Shown here piece by piece: positions 1 through 9,035 of a stretch of DNA of 20,000 nt; positions within the stretch are counted from its first letter, which is position 1; every line of letters begins with the position of its first letter. The DNA is taken from positions 210,079 through 230,078 of the forward strand of contig NC_057758.1 of assembly GCF_004010195.1 (NCBI RefSeq), given 5' to 3'. The DNA comes from Chiloscyllium plagiosum (lineage: Eukaryota). Position numbers and translations under genes: made by a program. Below the pieces are notes generated by a model. That model was not told the origin of the DNA. It saw only the letters and a list, made by a program, of their open reading frames with translations, and did no database searches.

Positions 1-1020
1 ACAAGGGGAAGGGAAATTACAGCCTTCAAGAAGGAGGCATTCTGGTGCGTTCTGTGGTGCAATTGGTCCTCCTGGGAGCAGGTACGGTGGAGGCAGAGGA
101 ATTTGGAATGCACTATAGCATTTTTGAAGGAGGTCAAGTGGGAGGAGGTGTAATCCTGGTAGCTGTGCTTGTAAAAATGTCAGTGTTGAGTCAATCATCG
201 CTAATGGAGATGGAGAGGTCTAGGAAGGGGCGGAAGGGGTCAGAGATGGTCCAGGTGAAGTTAAGGTTTGGGGTGGAATGTGTTGGTGAAGTTGATGAAC
301 TGTTCAACCTCCTCGTGGGAATGCGAGGTGGCCTCTATGCAGTCATCGACGGAGCAGAGAAAGAGATAGGGAGTGGTGGTGGTGTAACTATGGAAGATGG
401 ACAGCAAAGCTGGGGCCCATAGCTGGGTGACCATGGCGACCTTGGAAAGCGATTTTTCTTAGTTTTATATACAACCAATGTACCAATAAGCAAAAGCTTT
501 CAGTTTATCTTGAGCATGGAATTGTGGCTGGAAAGTTGAGGGGAATCTTTGAGCTGCTTTTTAAAAATTTTTAGAATTGGGGCCCAGAGTTGGGTGACCA
601 TGGCGACCCTTTTCATCTGGAGGAAGTGAGAAGATTCGAAGGAGATATTGTTTAGGGTGAGGACCAGTTCAGCCGAACGAGTGAGAATTTCAGGGGAAAG
701 GTATGGATGGGGACGTCGGGAGAGAAAGGAACGAAGGTCTTGGAGGCCCTGGTCATGGCAGATGGAGATGTAGAGTGTTTGGATGTGCATGGTGCAGATG
801 AGGCGCTGGGGGCCTGCGAAACAGAGGTCTTGGAGAAGGTGGAGGCCGTGGGTGGTGTCGGAAATGTAAATGGGGAGCTCCTGGACTAGCGGGAAAAGCA
901 CAGTATCGATGTGGGTGTTGATGAGTTCGTTGGTGCAGAAGTAGGCTGAGACAATGGGTCGGCGGGGTGGTCAGGCATCTGGAACATGGGAAGGAGGTAG
1001 AATCGGGCATTGCAGTGTTC
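1..1020 (-). mobile_element. Penelope-like retroelement, decayed reverse transcriptase fragment (duplicate copy 1)
   Basis: ORF 500..901(-) reads LPIYISDTTHGLHLLQD...ICTMHIQTLYISI.HDQGL...LVLTLNNISFESSHFLQMKRVAM, matching the PLE RT motifs (T.D..SLYT.I, VL..N.F.F....Y/F.Q..G.AMG). It is frameshifted and interrupted by an insert at 442-577. Recognised from motif knowledge, not a database search. Confidence 0.8.
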
Positions 1021-1064
1021 CTAAATTACGAGATTTGTAGCTGTGGACTCGTCTGGACCACTAG

Positions 1065-1243
1065 TGTAGACTTCACTAGTTTCCTCATTTCCCTTTCGCC
1101 CACCATACCCCAGTTCTAACCTGCCAGCTTAGCACCATCGTCATGATCTGTCCTACCTGCCAATCTTCCTTCCCACCTATCTGCTTCACCCTCCTCTCGA
1201 CCTATCACCTTTATTCCTTCCACCATTCACCTGTTGCACTGTT
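1065..1243 (+). mobile_element. Penelope-like terminal (pLTR) fragment, inverted relative to the adjacent RT; truncated in this copy
   Basis: Pyrimidine-rich sequence resembling the reverse complement of about 7075-7260, and near-identical to 8709-8887. Confidence 0.65.
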
Positions 1244-1660
1244 TGCATTCTTGGTGACAACAAATTACTCAAAGCAATTCAATGCGGCTCTTGATGCGAG
1301 TGATGTGCGTGTTGTTGCTGTGCTCTCACAAGAAGATGTCGATAAGTTAGAAAGACCAAACCGGTATCTGTCCAGGAAATTCAACATTCATCAGTAGCAG
1401 TATTCGACTGTTGAGAAGTGGACTTTGACCCTGTTGTTGGCGTGATAATATTTTCATGTTCATGTTCCCAGTAATGTATCTGAGACAATCATTTACACTA
1501 ACCATAACCCACTGAGGTTTGTGGAGAAATGTAAGGACAACTGCAGACTGCTTTAGATGGAGCTTGTTGTTAGAGACATTCAGTCTGAAAATTGTCTCCG
1601 TGGCAGGACGAGAAAACGTTTGCCGATGCATTGTCTAAACTTGGAAGAGAAAGGGAGGAG
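1244..1660 (+). mobile_element. Ty3/Gypsy LTR retrotransposon RNase H domain remnant (copy 1)
   Basis: Translated pieces ALDASDVRVVAVLSQED...ERP..YLSRK.NIHQ..YSTVEK, RLFRWSL-like, and ADALSKL match the Gypsy RNase H motifs DAS, YS..EKE, TDH.PL and ADALSR. Stops and frameshifts are present. Confidence 0.8.
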
Positions 1661-1667
1661 TTCAGTG

Positions 1668-2013
1668 CTAACTCTTGCATTCACCACCCCTGCGCGATGA
1701 AGGAAAGTGTGCCATATGCCTTCTTGACCACTCTGTCCACCTACGCTGCCATCTTCAGGGTACAATGGACCTAAACACCCAGATCTCTCTGCACATCAAT
1801 TTTCCCCAGAACTTTTCCATTTACTGCATAGTTCGCTTTGGAACTGGATCTTCAGAAATGCATCATCTCACATTTGTCTGGATGGAACTGCACTTGCCAA
1901 TTCGCCGTTCAACTCTCCAATCTGTCTGCATTCTGCTGTGTTATCTGGCAATCACCTTCACTGTCTGCTGCTCCACCAATCTTAGTGTCATCTGTGAACT
2001 TGCTAATCAGGCC
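1668..2013 (-). mobile_element. CR1-clade (HER1-like) LINE RT C-terminal fragment inserted into the Gypsy element (copy 1)
   Basis: Minus-strand translation gives LISKFTDDTKIGGAADSEGDCQITQQNADRLES*TANWQVQFHPDKCEMMHF, matching the CR1 FADDTK...W...F...KC.V.H motif. Confidence 0.8.
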
Positions 2014-2097
2014 AGAGAAATGTGTACTGCACGAACAGTGTAACATTAAGCGTTTTATTCATGAAGACATCTTTAGATATTGTGTGTTCACTTTTTT

Positions 2098-3232
2098 AAG
2101 GTGGGGGTGTGACGATGCTGTTCATTTAATAGGGTCAGGTGGTCCTTTGTTTTCTTTGAGAGATGTCATAAAGGCAAAATATCCGATGTACCTGGTTTGG
2201 AAGGAATTTCAGGACTAATTTGATGATAAGTAAGAAATGCTGCGTCAGGCTAAATGCTTTCATGTCTTGTACACTTGTACAATGAAAGCGAAGTGGCTAG
2301 TGCTCACAGATCATGTATCTCTGGTTGGTTTTAGTTTTATCAGTCTGGTTGTTCAGAGCTGCTGGTCAATTTTTGGCTTGAAATCCAACGAAACAGTTAC
2401 GTAGAAGAAGGTGTTCCGTGCTGAGTTTGTCTGACATCTCTCCTGTAAGAGCCGGTGATGGTTTTCATTTTCTTTTTGTTCAGGCTGCTTGTGGTGATTG
2501 GTGCATAAATTTGGAAAAACGTCATTCAGTTGTGGCTACGTTTTGTGTTTCGAGAAATGCTAAGTTATTTTGCATTTTGTCCTGTAACAAAGTTTGTCAC
2601 TTTTTATTCTAATTGTTGTTCCTTGGCTCAAGGAGACTCTGACCTTGATTGTTTTCTTTTCAGATGGACAATAAACTGGGACAGGCTCCATTCAGTCGTT
2701 TTTGTTACAGAGATGAAAAAGATTTTGAGAGGCCTTTAGTTTACATGTAAGCAGGCCAAAGTGGTCATGTTTTCGAAGTGATCTGTATAAAATGGGGGAG
2801 TGGTCAGCTCTCTATCTGAGCAGTTTCAGTCCCGTTTGACCTGTCAAGGAGTTCAACAAGGAGATGTGTGGAAGTTCTCTCAACCCCTCCTCTCTCTCTT
2901 TCTGCCCTTCAACTTCAAACTATAAACATGCATTCTATTTATACTGATTTTTAAAGTATAGTTAATATGTTGGTTCTCTTGTGTATATTCGAAACAGCAG
3001 AATTAAGTCGAGTTTAGGTAGGCTGAGTTCTGTACGGGTTATTTATTTTGTTCTTTGTGTTTCATTGTGCAATTTTGAGAACAAAATGTTGTCTGTTTGA
3101 AAATCTAGTAGATAATCTAACTATTTTACTTCGGCTAATTCTCAGTGTACAAAAATCAAAATAAATTGCAAAGTTATGGTCTGGGACTGCCTGCTGAAGA
3201 ATGCTTTGAGTGGTCTGGCGGAGTCCAAATCA
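2098..3232 (+). mobile_element. Putative polypurine tract (2098-2107) and ~1.1-kb 3' LTR of the Gypsy element
   Basis: AAGGTGGGGG is followed immediately by TGTGAC at 2108, downstream of the RNase H remnant. A candidate CA end lies at 3231-3232. A diverged relative occurs at 6141-6718. The right boundary is tentative. Confidence 0.55.
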
Positions 3233-3714
3233 GTTCCCTTTTGATTATGTTTCGGTCAGTAATCTTGCAAATGATTTCTATGTTACTGAAAGCGACGTTT
3301 TTGAGCCACCTGTATCTCTCCTGTAACGTCCTCTGTGCACCTGCTTATGACAACTCGAAAACGGGTTTGGATTACTTTCCTGAAATTTTTGAGAGTGTCT
3401 GGTCTGGTCTGGTCCGTGACACACTCCACACAGTTCCGAATGCAGCTTGAACCCTGCCTGATAATTCTCATCCTGCACAGTCCGAATTGTCCCTTGCTGC
3501 TTCCCATTCAATGTCGCTTGACAGAATGCTTCAAGATGCAAAACCTTTCCTGCTGACTCCCAGTCCATACTGGCCCTATCAAACAAATACGTTCGCATTT
3601 ACTCACACGTTACACAAATCCAATTTGCACCAAATCACTACAAATGAACATGAAGATCTTCCTGTTCATCCATCTTTACATGAGTCCTAATGGAACGAAA
3701 TCCCTTCCAAAGCA

Positions 3715-3990
3715 CTCCCGCTCTACAAAATCCCAATGAGCCCAAACTCGTTTCATTTAGACTGCGACTCTAAGCAATCCCAATGGACTCATTCCCCTTC
3801 CTGCTCGCTGCCACTCTACACAATCCCAATTAACTCATTCCTCTTCCTGTTAAATCCTACGCTATATAATCATAGTGGACCCATATCCATTAACTCATTC
3901 TTCCTGTTAAATCCTACGCTATATAATCATAGTGGACCCATATCCTTTTCACTTCTACTCTACACAATAATCATGGAACCAAACCCCTTT
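3715..3990. repeat. Degenerate ~45-60-bp minisatellite including a near-exact tandem duplication (about 3829-3945)
   Basis: CTCTACA.AATCCCAAT-like motifs recur near 3721, 3768, 3814 and 3958. TTAACTCATTC...TTCCTGTTAAATCCTACGCTATATAATCATAGTGGACCCATATCC occurs twice in tandem. Confidence 0.65.
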
Positions 3991-4038
3991 TCATGCACCT
4001 CCACATCACAGAAACAGGTTAAATGCTGTTGAGTTGGA

Positions 4039-4044
4039 TTTATT
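4039..4044 (-). promoter_or_regulatory. Candidate polyadenylation signal (AATAAA) of perforin paralog A
   Basis: TTTATT on the plus strand, about 280 nt downstream of the TAG stop on the minus strand. Confidence 0.55.
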
Positions 4045-4324
4045 GAAAAAATATAAGACTAAAAAAATCTGCTTAGAAAACAGCATAGTTGCACCTCCTG
4101 ATGTGGGGCGCTGCTTGCATGGTTGGAAAAAGCCTTCAAAGTATTTCGATGTAATAGCACTGAGCCTCCCACGATGATGTAGCCATTATGCAGTCTGAGA
4201 AAGGTGCTATCATTAGATAGGTTCAGGAAAAATACACAATGAGGTTTGTTGTTTCCAAAAGGGTTGGCAGTAACGTATTGAGAAGGATGGTGCTGAATGC
4301 AACGCCCAGTTAATTGCTGAATGG

Positions 4325-5956
4325 CTAGTTGGCAGGGCGAGGTTTATAATATTGACAGGTTCCGCCATCCAGGTGAGGGCCACAGGTGAAGCTGTAGAAT
4401 AAGCTCACAGAGCCATAGTGGAGGGGGCAGTTGATGATGTACTCACCAGAGGTCAGTCTGTCCTTGCAAGTGCCCAGGAGGTCATCATATTTGACATCCA
4501 CATCCCAGACCTCAAAGATCAGATTCTGACTGCTCTCGGCATTGACGTGACCTAGGTCCAGTTTCTCGTTCCACACGGGGTTGTTGTTGTCATAGCTCAC
4601 AAAGGTTCTGCTCGACTTCTGGCCATACTTGACCACTACAAAGCTGTCAGCGGCAGAGAAGTAGTCCGCCCAGAGACCCTGCCCCTTTAAGACGACGACC
4701 ACCAGGTGGCCCAGCCCCTTCTCTTTGGAACAGCAGTTCCGGTCCACGTGACTGTCCTCATGGCACATGCATGTGCATGGTTGATGCGGATCACGGTAAG
4801 AGCCATGTGGGCACTGTGTCCCCATCCCACATTGCTGGTTGAGGGCACTAACTGCAATGTAATAGCTGATGTAGCGCCTCAGGTTCTTATGCCTGGGATC
4901 ATTCTTGGGAAGCAGGTGGTGGAGAGGTGCGAGGGCATAGCGCACCATGCCTGGGTGGGTGGGTAGGGTGACCATCCATTGAGTGAACGCTGAGCCATCC
5001 TTGTTGAACAAGAGGTCAGCGCTCTGCTTGGTCTGGCCCCCATTCAACTCCACTTCCCGGTCACTGAAGGCCTGGTAGACATTATCATGGTGCTTCATGG
5101 CACGTGCCATCTGCCGGCACTTCTGGTCACTAAATGAGCCTCTTGCAATTAACCCCACCATGACACTGGCCTCCATTGACAGGCAGTCCTTAACCTCTTC
5201 AGCAGTGTAGCCCTTAGATGCCACTTGGCATGTTGGAATAGCTGTCACGTCTTTGAAGCTACCACCCAGCTCCACTGCCTTGATGTAATGGGTGCCGTAG
5301 GTTGCCACCAGCTTCCTGTACCAGTATATGGTGTCATCGTTGATGATGTCAGGGAGTCGGGAGATGGAATTGGCAAACTCCGGCGCCAGTTTAGGGTTCT
5401 CCTTCACCCGGTACTGGTAGTATAGGCACTGGAACTGGTGACTGCTGAAAATGTGGCGATCCCTCTTGGAATGGGTCGTGCCAAAAGTCACCAGCTTCGA
5501 CTTGGAGCCAGCCAGCACCCAGTTGACTTGCGTGCTCATTTCGGGTAGGATGAGCAGGTCAGCTTGCCAGTCGTTGGTGATGGCCGATGTGGCAGACTCT
5601 GACAGTTTGGCAGCTGAATGGTAGAGCTGGCTGGAGAGCGAGCGCTGGCAGGAGCTCATGGTACGCCAGTCCACCAGTGAGACGGGCAGTCGCTGGCGCA
5701 CGTTACTGAGATGCCCATTGTCGCAGAGGGTACAGCTCCCGTTGGTGAAGCGCCAGGTGTTCACATCGATCACAAAGGCACCCTTGGGCCGCAGGGTCAC
5801 CACATCATAGCCATCCCCAGCCAAGCGGGACCCTGGCACAAAGCTGACATTCCTGCACTCACTGTCACTCTCGGTGGTACAGACACTCAATATGCCCCTC
5901 AATGGGAAGCAGAGAAAGATGAGCCAGCCCAGGTTTGAATGCCAAGCTGGCATCAT
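4325..5956 (-). CDS. PRF1: Perforin-1-like pore-forming protein (paralog A), 543 aa, uninterrupted CDS
   Basis: Signal-peptide-like MMPAWHSNLGWLIFLCFPLRGILSVC; N-terminal FVPGSRLAGDGYDVVTL and CTLCDN; MACPF signature YGTHYIKAVELGG; Cys-rich EGF-like region CPHG...PCTCMC...CC; C2 domain GLWADYFSAADSFV, DNNNPVW, EVWDVD..YDDLLGTC. The start is placed at GCCATG (5956), 28 nt after a splice acceptor. Confidence 0.93.
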   Translation of the reverse strand: MMPAWHSNLGWLIFLCFPLRGILSVCTTESDSECRNVSFVPGSRLAGDGYDVVTLRPKGAFVIDVNTWRFTNGSCTLCDNGHLSNVRQRLPVSLVDWRTMSSCQRSLSSQLYHSAAKLSESATSAITNDWQADLLILPEMSTQVNWVLAGSKSKLVTFGTTHSKRDRHIFSSHQFQCLYYQYRVKENPKLAPEFANSISRLPDIINDDTIYWYRKLVATYGTHYIKAVELGGSFKDVTAIPTCQVASKGYTAEEVKDCLSMEASVMVGLIARGSFSDQKCRQMARAMKHHDNVYQAFSDREVELNGGQTKQSADLLFNKDGSAFTQWMVTLPTHPGMVRYALAPLHHLLPKNDPRHKNLRRYISYYIAVSALNQQCGMGTQCPHGSYRDPHQPCTCMCHEDSHVDRNCCSKEKGLGHLVVVVLKGQGLWADYFSAADSFVVVKYGQKSSRTFVSYDNNNPVWNEKLDLGHVNAESSQNLIFEVWDVDVKYDDLLGTCKDRLTSGEYIINCPLHYGSVSLFYSFTCGPHLDGGTCQYYKPRPAN

Positions 5957-5984
5957 GGCATCGGTGACAGGTCTGACAGCAGAT

Positions 5985-6000
5985 CTGCAAGAGAAAAAGC
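5985..6000 (-). promoter_or_regulatory. 3' splice acceptor upstream of perforin A start (implies a 5'-UTR intron)
   Basis: The minus strand reads GCTTTTTCTCTTGCAG|ATC. The same CTCTTGCAG|AT lies at the equivalent position in paralog B (19501-19511). Confidence 0.7.
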
Positions 6001-6140
6001 AAACATCTGAATTGACAGATTTACGAGATAGATGTATAGACTTTGAATGTGTGTTGAAGTTCTGTTTGCTTAACTGGGCATATTTATGAACTGCTAATAG
6101 ATGTATCACAAAGCCTGTCCCTTTTTTTTAAAGAAAGCTC

Positions 6141-6718
6141 TTCCTTGGTTCAAGAAAACTCTGTCCTTGATGTTTTTCTGAGGGGTAGTAAAACGGGCCA
6201 GTCTCTGATCAGTCTGGTTTGGTACAGATATGGAAAGGATTTTAAAAGACTTTTTATTTACATGAAATCAGATGAGAATTCAGGCCAAGGTGGTCACGTT
6301 TTACAAGTGACCTGTATCAAGAAAGGGAAGTGGTCAGCTCTCTAGCTCGCTGAGTTGAGCAGTTTCAGTTCACTCTTGAACTCGTTGGAAGTTCAACGGG
6401 GAGCTGTGTGGAAAATCTCTCTTCCATGCCCTTCAACTTCAATCTCCAAACAGGTGTTCCATGGAATGTTCCATTCCATGCTAGGTTTTAAAGGAAGCTT
6501 GCACATTGGCACTGTTGTGTCTTTTCGGAAAAATATGCTGAAGTCTCGTTTGATAGACTGAATTCTCCATGGGTCTTTCTTCTATTCTTTGTGTTTCATT
6601 GTGCAATTTTGTGAATGCATTTTTGTCTGTTTTAAAACCTAGTAGTCAACCTAACTGACTTACTCTGGGTAATTTTCACTGCACACGTACGTAAACAAAT
6701 AGCAAAGTTGTGGTCTGA
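6141..6718 (+). mobile_element. Diverged LTR-like fragment, same family as about 2620-3185
   Basis: Shared collinear blocks CCTTGG.TCAAG, CAGGCCAA.GTGGTCA.GTTTT, GTGGTCAGCTCTCT, CTTTGTGTTTCATTGTGCAATTTTG and GCAAAGTT.TGGTCTG. Confidence 0.7.
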
Positions 6719-6720
6719 GC

Positions 6721-6852
6721 ACAAGCCACTGCCTGCAAATAGAGAGACGGGACATACCACCAGCACTTTATCAGAAACTCTCATTTATGATATTAATTAG
6801 TCATGGTGACAAAACGTCTGAAAACTATCCTTCCATCTCGGCGAGCTAACTG
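6721..6852 (+). mobile_element. Short terminal fragment of a second Penelope-like family with a degenerate hammerhead-like core
   Basis: TTTATGA...TAGTCATGGTGACAAAACGTCTG resembles the CTGATGA...GAAACGTC core of PLE termini. Recognised from memory only. Confidence 0.4.
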
Positions 6853-6920
6853 ACAGTTATCTCCAATGTGAGAGAAGAACCATCTCAAAAATTCATAAAC
6901 GGGAGCATCAGACATCTGGG

Positions 6921-8662
6921 GTGGAGAATGTGGTGCTGGAAAAGTACAACAAGTCTAGCAGCGTCCGAGGAGCAGGAGAATCGATGCTCTGGGCAGGAGC
7001 CGTTCATCAGGAATTAGGCTGGAAGCCTCAGTGGTGGAGAGAAAAATGGGAGGTAGGGTAGGGCTGTGGAGAAAGTAGCTGAGAGTGCAATAGGTAGATG
7101 GAGGTGGAGGTAAAGGTGATAGGTCGGAGAGGAGAGTGGAGCGGCTAGGTGGGAAGGAAGACTGAAGCGTGGGACTGGTCATGAGGACAGTACTGAGCTG
7201 GAATGTTGGAACTGGTAAGGTTGGGGATGGGGAAATGAGGAAAATGATGAATTCCTCATTCACCCCCGGGGGTTGAAGGTTCCTGAGGGGCAAGATGAGG
7301 CATTCTTCCTCCAGGCGTCGGGTGGTAAGGGAGTGGTGATGGAGGAGGACCAAGACCTGCATGTCCTCGGCAGAGTTACGGGGGAGTTGAAATATTTGTC
7401 CCCAGAGTGGTGAAGTTGACTGGTGCGGGTGTGCTGGAGATGTTCTCTGTAGCGCTCTGTGAGAAGGTGTCAGTTTCCGCAACGTTAAGGAGACCGCATC
7501 AGCGGATGATCCGATTCATGTGGAGGTTGGTGAGGTGGATGGTGAGCACTATTGGGATTCTGCCTTTGTTGCGGTGGGAGGTGTGGAGTTCGGGAGTGGT
7601 GGTGCAGGACGTGGATGAAATCCATTAGAGGGCATCTTCAACAATGTGGGAGGGGAAATTACAGCCTTCAAAGAAGGAGGCATTCTGGTGCGTTCTGTGG
7701 TGCAATTGCTCCTCCTGGGAGCAGGTGTGGTGGAGGCAGAGGAATTTGGAATACACGATAGCATTTTTGAAGGAGGTCGAGTGGGAGGAGGCAAAATCCT
7801 GGTAGCTGTGCTTGTAAAAATGTCAGTGTTGAGTCAATCATCGCTAATGGAGATGGAGAGGTCTAGGAAGGGGCGGAAGGGGTCAGAGATGGTCCAGGTG
7901 AATTTAAGGGTTGGGGTGGAATGTGTTGGTGAAGTTGATGAACTGTTCAACCTCCTGGTGGGAATTCGAGGTGGCCTCTATGCAGTCATCGACGTAGCAG
8001 AGAAAGAGATAGGGAGTGGTGGTGGTGTAACTATGGAAGATGGACAGCAAAGCTGGGGCCCATAGCTGGGTGACCATGGCGACCCTGGAAAGCGATTTTT
8101 CTTAGTTTTATATACAACCAATGTACCAACAAGCAAAAACTTTCAGTTTATCTTGAGCATGGAATTGTGGCTGGAGAGTTGAGGGGAATCTTTGAGCTGC
8201 TTTTTAAAAATTTTTAGAATTGGGGCCCATAGCTGATTGACCATGGCGACCCTTTTCATCTGGAGGAAGTGGGAAGATTCGAAGGAGATATTGTTTAGGC
8301 TGAGGACCAGTTCAGCCGAACTAGTGAGAATTTCAGGGGAAAGGTATGGATGGGGACGTCGGGAGAGAAAGGAACGAAGGTCTTGGAGGCCCTGGTCATG
8401 GCAGATGGAGATCTAGAGTGTTTGGATGTGCATGGTGCAGATGAGGCGCTGGGGGCCTGAGAAACAGAGGTCTTGGAGGAGGTGGAGGCCGTGGGTGGTG
8501 TCGGAAATGTAAATGGGGAGCTCCTGGACTAGCAAGAAAAGCACAGTATCGATGTGGGTGTTGATGAGTTCGTTGGGGCAGAAGTAGGCTGAGACAATTG
8601 GGTCGGCGGGGTGGTCAGGCATCTGGAACATGGGAAGGAGGTAGAATCGGGCAGTGCGGTGT
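6921..8662 (-). mobile_element. Decayed Penelope-like retroelement: RT, GIY-YIG endonuclease remnant and 3' pLTR
   Basis: RT fragment in ORF 8413..8631(-). An endonuclease-region remnant (CGLLNVAET; NSAEDMQVLVLLHHHSLTTRRLEEECLI..L..LQP.G.N) lies at about 7260-7510. The terminus has CTGATGA on the minus strand at 7004-7010. Confidence 0.8.
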
Positions 8663-8708
8663 TCCTAAATTACGAGATTTGTAGCTGTGGACTCGTCTGG
8701 ACCACTAG

Positions 8709-9035
8709 TGTAGACTTCACTAGTTTCCTCATTTCCCTTTCGCCCACCATACCCCAGTTCTAACCTGCCAGCTTAGCACCATCGTCATGATCTGTCCTAC
8801 CTGCCAATCTTCCTTCCCACCTATCTGCTTCACCCTCCTCTCGACCTATCACCTTTATTCCTTCCACCATTCACCTGTTGCACTGTTCGCCACATTCTCC
8901 CCAGCCCCATTACTCTCCCAATTATCTCGCCACCCCGGAGGGTACCAGCCTCATTCCTGATGAGGGGCTCCTGGCCGAAACATTGATTTCCCTGCTCCTC
9001 GAATGCTTTATGACCTCCTGTGTTTTTCCAGCACC
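8709..9035 (+). mobile_element. Penelope-like pLTR, inverted relative to the element at 6921-8662, with hammerhead-like core
   Basis: Resembles the reverse complement of 6930-7260. Contains CTGATGAGGGGCTCCTGGCCGAAAC at 8958-8981. Confidence 0.7.

Larger units (their letters stand above)
1..3668 (+). repeat. Segmental/tandem duplication copy 1 (paired with 7643-11063)
   Basis: Collinear, high identity by eye (roughly 96-99%), with offsets of about 7644, then 7846, then 7395. Duplicated ORF pairs confirm the offsets: 1347/9193, 1592/9438, 2530/9925, 3283/10678, 3487/10882. Confidence 0.95.

Noticed and set aside
45..422. ORFs 45..422 and 7646..8065 as a duplicated protein-coding gene
   Set aside because: They are antisense to the Penelope RT and are similar only because of the segmental duplication.
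4325..5956. Complement C6-C9 or MPEG1 identity for the MACPF protein
   Set aside because: There are no TSP1 or LDLRA modules and no P2 or transmembrane segment, and the C-terminal C2 domain is diagnostic of perforin-1.
4706..6089. Plus-strand ORFs overlapping perforin A, and ORFs 19488..19709(+) and 19555..19800(-) overlapping perforin B
   Set aside because: These are shadow or alternate-frame ORFs of GC-rich coding sequence with no recognisable domains.
5957..6109. 51-aa N-terminal extension of the 594-aa ORF
   Set aside because: It crosses a splice acceptor into AT-rich repeat sequence. The signal peptide and the paralog B start both align to the ATG at 5956/5953.
2108..6718. Perforin A captured inside an LTR element (it lies between two same-orientation LTR-like sequences)
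   Set aside because: The left LTR is the 3' LTR of an upstream element (preceded by RNase H and PPT), the two LTRs are much diverged, the gene is antisense to them, and it retains a splice acceptor shared with paralog B.
6855..6915. Possible inverted unit of the perforin-upstream 70-bp repeat (GAGAGAAGAACC...AATTCATAAAC, similar to about 18670-18700)
   Set aside because: The match is too short and AT-rich to support without an alignment statistic.
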